Assembly: GCA_002104905.1 (NCBI GenBank)
Contig: MCFE01000611.1
Location: 1 to 53,036, forward strand
Reading direction: 5' to 3'
Origin: Basidiobolus meristosporus CBS 931.73
Taxonomy: Eukaryota; Fungi; Basidiobolomycota
Length of the DNA stretch: 53,036 nt
Part shown: positions 49,780-53,036 of the stretch, piece after piece
How positions within the stretch are numbered: the stretch's first letter is position 1
Layout of the letters: each line of letters opens with the position of its first letter
Made by a program: the position numbers and the translations under genes
Notes under the pieces: generated by a model
What the model was told of the DNA's origin: nothing
The model's database searches: none
What the model saw: the letters and a program-made list of their open reading frames with translations, nothing else

Positions 49780-51430
49780 CTTACTTATTTACATAGGTCT
49801 TAGGCTGTGATTATTGCTGAAATGGTGCTAGCTTCTCACCCATAGCTGCATGTTAGGATGCTTTCCCATGTATAGCTCATCAATTGTTATGATATTTCCT
49901 TCATAGTCATGTAATGCCAGGAGTCTTACATGGTGGTTTTTGTACCTGGCCAGAAAAAAGTCTCTTTGGCTTCTTTTGGGCCTTCTAATCCTGACTGGAA
50001 CAGCATCCAAGATATTTCTAATACCAATCTTGTCAGGAAATACTCCTCGGAATGGCAAAGTGCTGCTGGTCCAATACTTTGCTTACTAAGCCTGCTCCAT
50101 GTCATTCATTCTGGAAGCTAAATAATCCTCACCAGTTTGAATCTGAGTGTATAGATGCTTATATTTGGTAGTGCCATAAATGACTGGCTGGAATCAAGAA
50201 TGTCCCACAAGTACTTTCCAGATGCTGTCAAGTATGAAAACTTCTGTTGTAACCTTTGAGATATTAATTTTGGCAGCAGAATGTTTATGCATAGGTTAGA
50301 ACAATCCAATCATGTCTTAACAAGTGCCAAAGGACTTTCCCACCACTTAAATCCTTACAATGGCACATAATGCAGATATGTGGGCATTAATACTACAGGT
50401 GGCTTTAAGCAAGGAAAACAAGACTAAAACCTTTTTGAGCCATATTATCACAATACTTGGGCATGGACAATGGTGCAGTCAGTTATATGCAAGAGGCTCT
50501 ACCATAAAACAACTACTGTGAAAAGAAGCAATCTTCTTAAAGCAGCAATGAGTCTAAAAAGGCAAAAGAACAACCCCAACCCATTTTACTAGAAGCATAT
50601 TCTGTTATAAACAGATTGCCTGTTTATTTTGCCCATCATACCATGGATACTCCACATATAGTTTGAATAAAATAATACTATTGGGTTTTCTCAATTTGCC
50701 TTTGTATATGCACATACCTGCTGCAATTGGCATACTTCTGTTACCTCTAGTTGCCAGTAGTTCCACTTGATGCCTGCATAGTAGCCATATTCATTATATG
50801 GTAGGTAGTAGATGTACTTGGCTAACTTATGCAATATGTTGGCCACCTTTGCCATTATCAGCTCTTTGATATCCACAAAGTACCAGTTGATTTTCAGCCA
50901 TTTCTTTCCTTCTGCTTGCTGGACATTAGTCCCCACCTGTTTGTTATTCCTCTTTCCTTTTGGTGGATATCATACCAAGAGGTGTAGTGTTAACCTGTTG
51001 TACATGCTTTTGGCAGACTTGTCTTTGTTGTCCTATTTCCATATTTATCTCCATGTGTGCACCTGTGTTCATTTTCTTTCACTACTTCTTCAGCATACTC
51101 TACATGACAACTCATCACATCTATTACAGATGTTGATGTTATATTCTTGATCAGGTTTGTATATGAAATTGCTTGCAATTTAGCCCTTCTTTCCATCTCC
51201 CCACACATCCACTCCATTGGAAACTTGCAGAATGTAAATCATGGCCCTATAGTCTTCACACTATTTGCCAGGCGTAACAGAGAGTGGATACTATAGTTAC
51301 AAAAGTATTCATATTATGGCCTGTGCCTGTAAAAGACCTGGTTGTATCTTACTACAAAGTCCTCACATAGTAGCTGTAGATGCATCAAGGTGGCATTGGT
51401 GCACTGCTTTCCAAGGAATACTCTATTAGA
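49780..51430 (-). pseudogene. Second CACTA-like transposase remnant (C-terminal half)
   Basis: VFLGKQCTNATLMHLQLLCEDFVVRYNQVFY...NYSIHSLLRLANSVKTIGP*FTFCKFPMEWMCGEMERRAKLQAISYTNLIKNI. Colinear with 15230-17400. Confidence 0.75.
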
Positions 51431-51729
51431 AGTCTGAGTAACAATCCTACCAAAGGGCCATTGCCAAATTAATATCACATAAGTGAGGGTCATATGTCTA
51501 CAAGGATCCCATATATAATCTGCTAGAAAAGAATTGCACCCTAATTATGGTGGACACTAAGTCATATTCTGACTATCTATTACCCTTCATATTGTCATTA
51601 ATTGGTTATCATTCTTGTCTCTTACTTCCTGATTGTGCACTCTCATTATTCTGCTACTATTACTGCTCATTCATTGGCCATCTTATATTGGTCATGCTCC
51701 TGCTTCTTGAGCTCTTATTACTCCCTCAA

Positions 51730-52900
51730 TATTCCTGTATGCTCATAGCTTATTTTATCACAATCCTCAGTTGTTTCTCAATACTTTTATGTATGGACTA
51801 GTACATAAGTCCAATAGCTCTATCATGCCATTCCCCAATTTTACACTGTATCAGTTGTCCCATTAAAACCCACCATTCAAGTAGTGTTCAATGCAAGCAT
51901 CTATCCTCCAATTGTTTGGTTGTGTCCAAACAGTCTTGTGCCAGCTATTATTCACTCATTCCCATACATTCCAGTGCATTGAGGATTCCTTTATTTAGCA
52001 ATGCTTTAGCTAGTTCCTCCATTAACTCTCCACCATAATTGTAGGCACTTATGCTCTCATCTCCATTAAAGGTCTTCTGGAGTGATATGGCATGCATGTT
52101 GACCTACAAAAATCTACCAAGGTCATTTGGATCAATTTGCATCTTTTAGTGGTGCTGCTTTGTTAGTGGGTGAGATCTCTACACAACTGCCTGTAGTAGG
52201 CTTGTTCTGAATCTCCACAGGTTCCTCAGCATCTTCAGGCAATTGCTTAAAGGGCCATGTTGCTGCACCTGCTGAAATACCCTTGATCTTCTTGGTGTTT
52301 CTTCTTGTCTCTCTAGAGATTTGGAGCTTTGTTGCATCAGAGTATTGGCTACTACAAAATATTGTGTTTCTTAGACATTTCTCTGATTTCCTTTTAGAGG
52401 GACTTCCCTTACTTTCTCTTTGCCTTTCCTTCTACTATTATCACCATTGCTGCTATCACTTGGTTTTCTGCCTCCAATAGCGTTTAATATTCTTCAGATA
52501 TTTTTAGAATAGTTCAATACCAGCCCAGGACCCATTTGCATGCTTGAATCCAGGATACTGTGAATGAAACTCATTAAGTGCCATATGCTTCTCTTGGGGG
52601 CATGATGGACCCAATCTATGCCATTCCTTAGACAACTTTGTGTCATTTTCTTATGGACTCCTGTATATCAGCCCACTCTTTATTGCCACATTCAACAGCC
52701 TCCTGTATTAGAATTTCTTCTGATATCATGGCAGCATATGTATACTATACTATCACTCCCTCATGCTATCTCTGGCTGTACTACAGGCCTAATCTTTGTA
52801 TAACTTTGTTGTGCTTCCAGGTTTCTATGGTGTATATATACTGAGAAGTTGGGATTTGGGTCTATACTTGATGCTGTTGTAATCCTGTTTGAGCTTCCTG
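51730..52900 (-). pseudogene. Second copy of the CACTA-associated unknown ORF
   Basis: Direct homology to 17430-17890 and 18790-19050, with the conserved peptide noted above. Confidence 0.5.
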
Positions 52901-53036
52901 TTTGCATCAATGCTATTATATTTGTGACAATGTATAGAAATTATTCTACGAATGATACTTGCTCATCTTGTCTCTCTCTTGCTTCCTGATGACTTTTGAC
53001 CACTGCATCTAAGCAATCAACACTCTATTCATTGTC

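Overview
This is eukaryotic, most likely fungal, heterochromatin-type DNA (inferred from the TE protein families). It has no recognisable host gene and is strongly CpG-depleted. From 1 to 19.4 kb there is a nested TE stack. A decayed CACTA/En-Spm-like transposase is split by a full-length Ty3/Gypsy element A (4232-15229, TSD CTTT). Element A carries a chromodomain-bearing Ty3/Gypsy element B (8788-14644, TSD CCAAT) inserted exactly at A's LTR/PBS junction. Element B retains an 11-nt Tf1-type self-priming signal and a G_GGA_AAC plus 11-bp-stem -1 frameshift signal. A foldback MITE family with a TAATA target occurs three times in the window. From 19.4 to 41.9 kb lies a layered satellite: a degenerate 34/64-bp mosaic, a homogeneous 34-mer, a 98-mer with an 11-unit (1078-bp) higher-order repeat, then degenerate mosaic again, carrying three solo LTRs. 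A 2-kb non-repetitive core (42.1-43.9 kb) is followed by an oppositely oriented, independently homogenised 34-mer array (43.9-49.6 kb) and a second CACTA remnant. Bases 1-159 are a perfect inverted copy of 38293-38451. All coordinates, counts and identities were read by eye and have not been computed.
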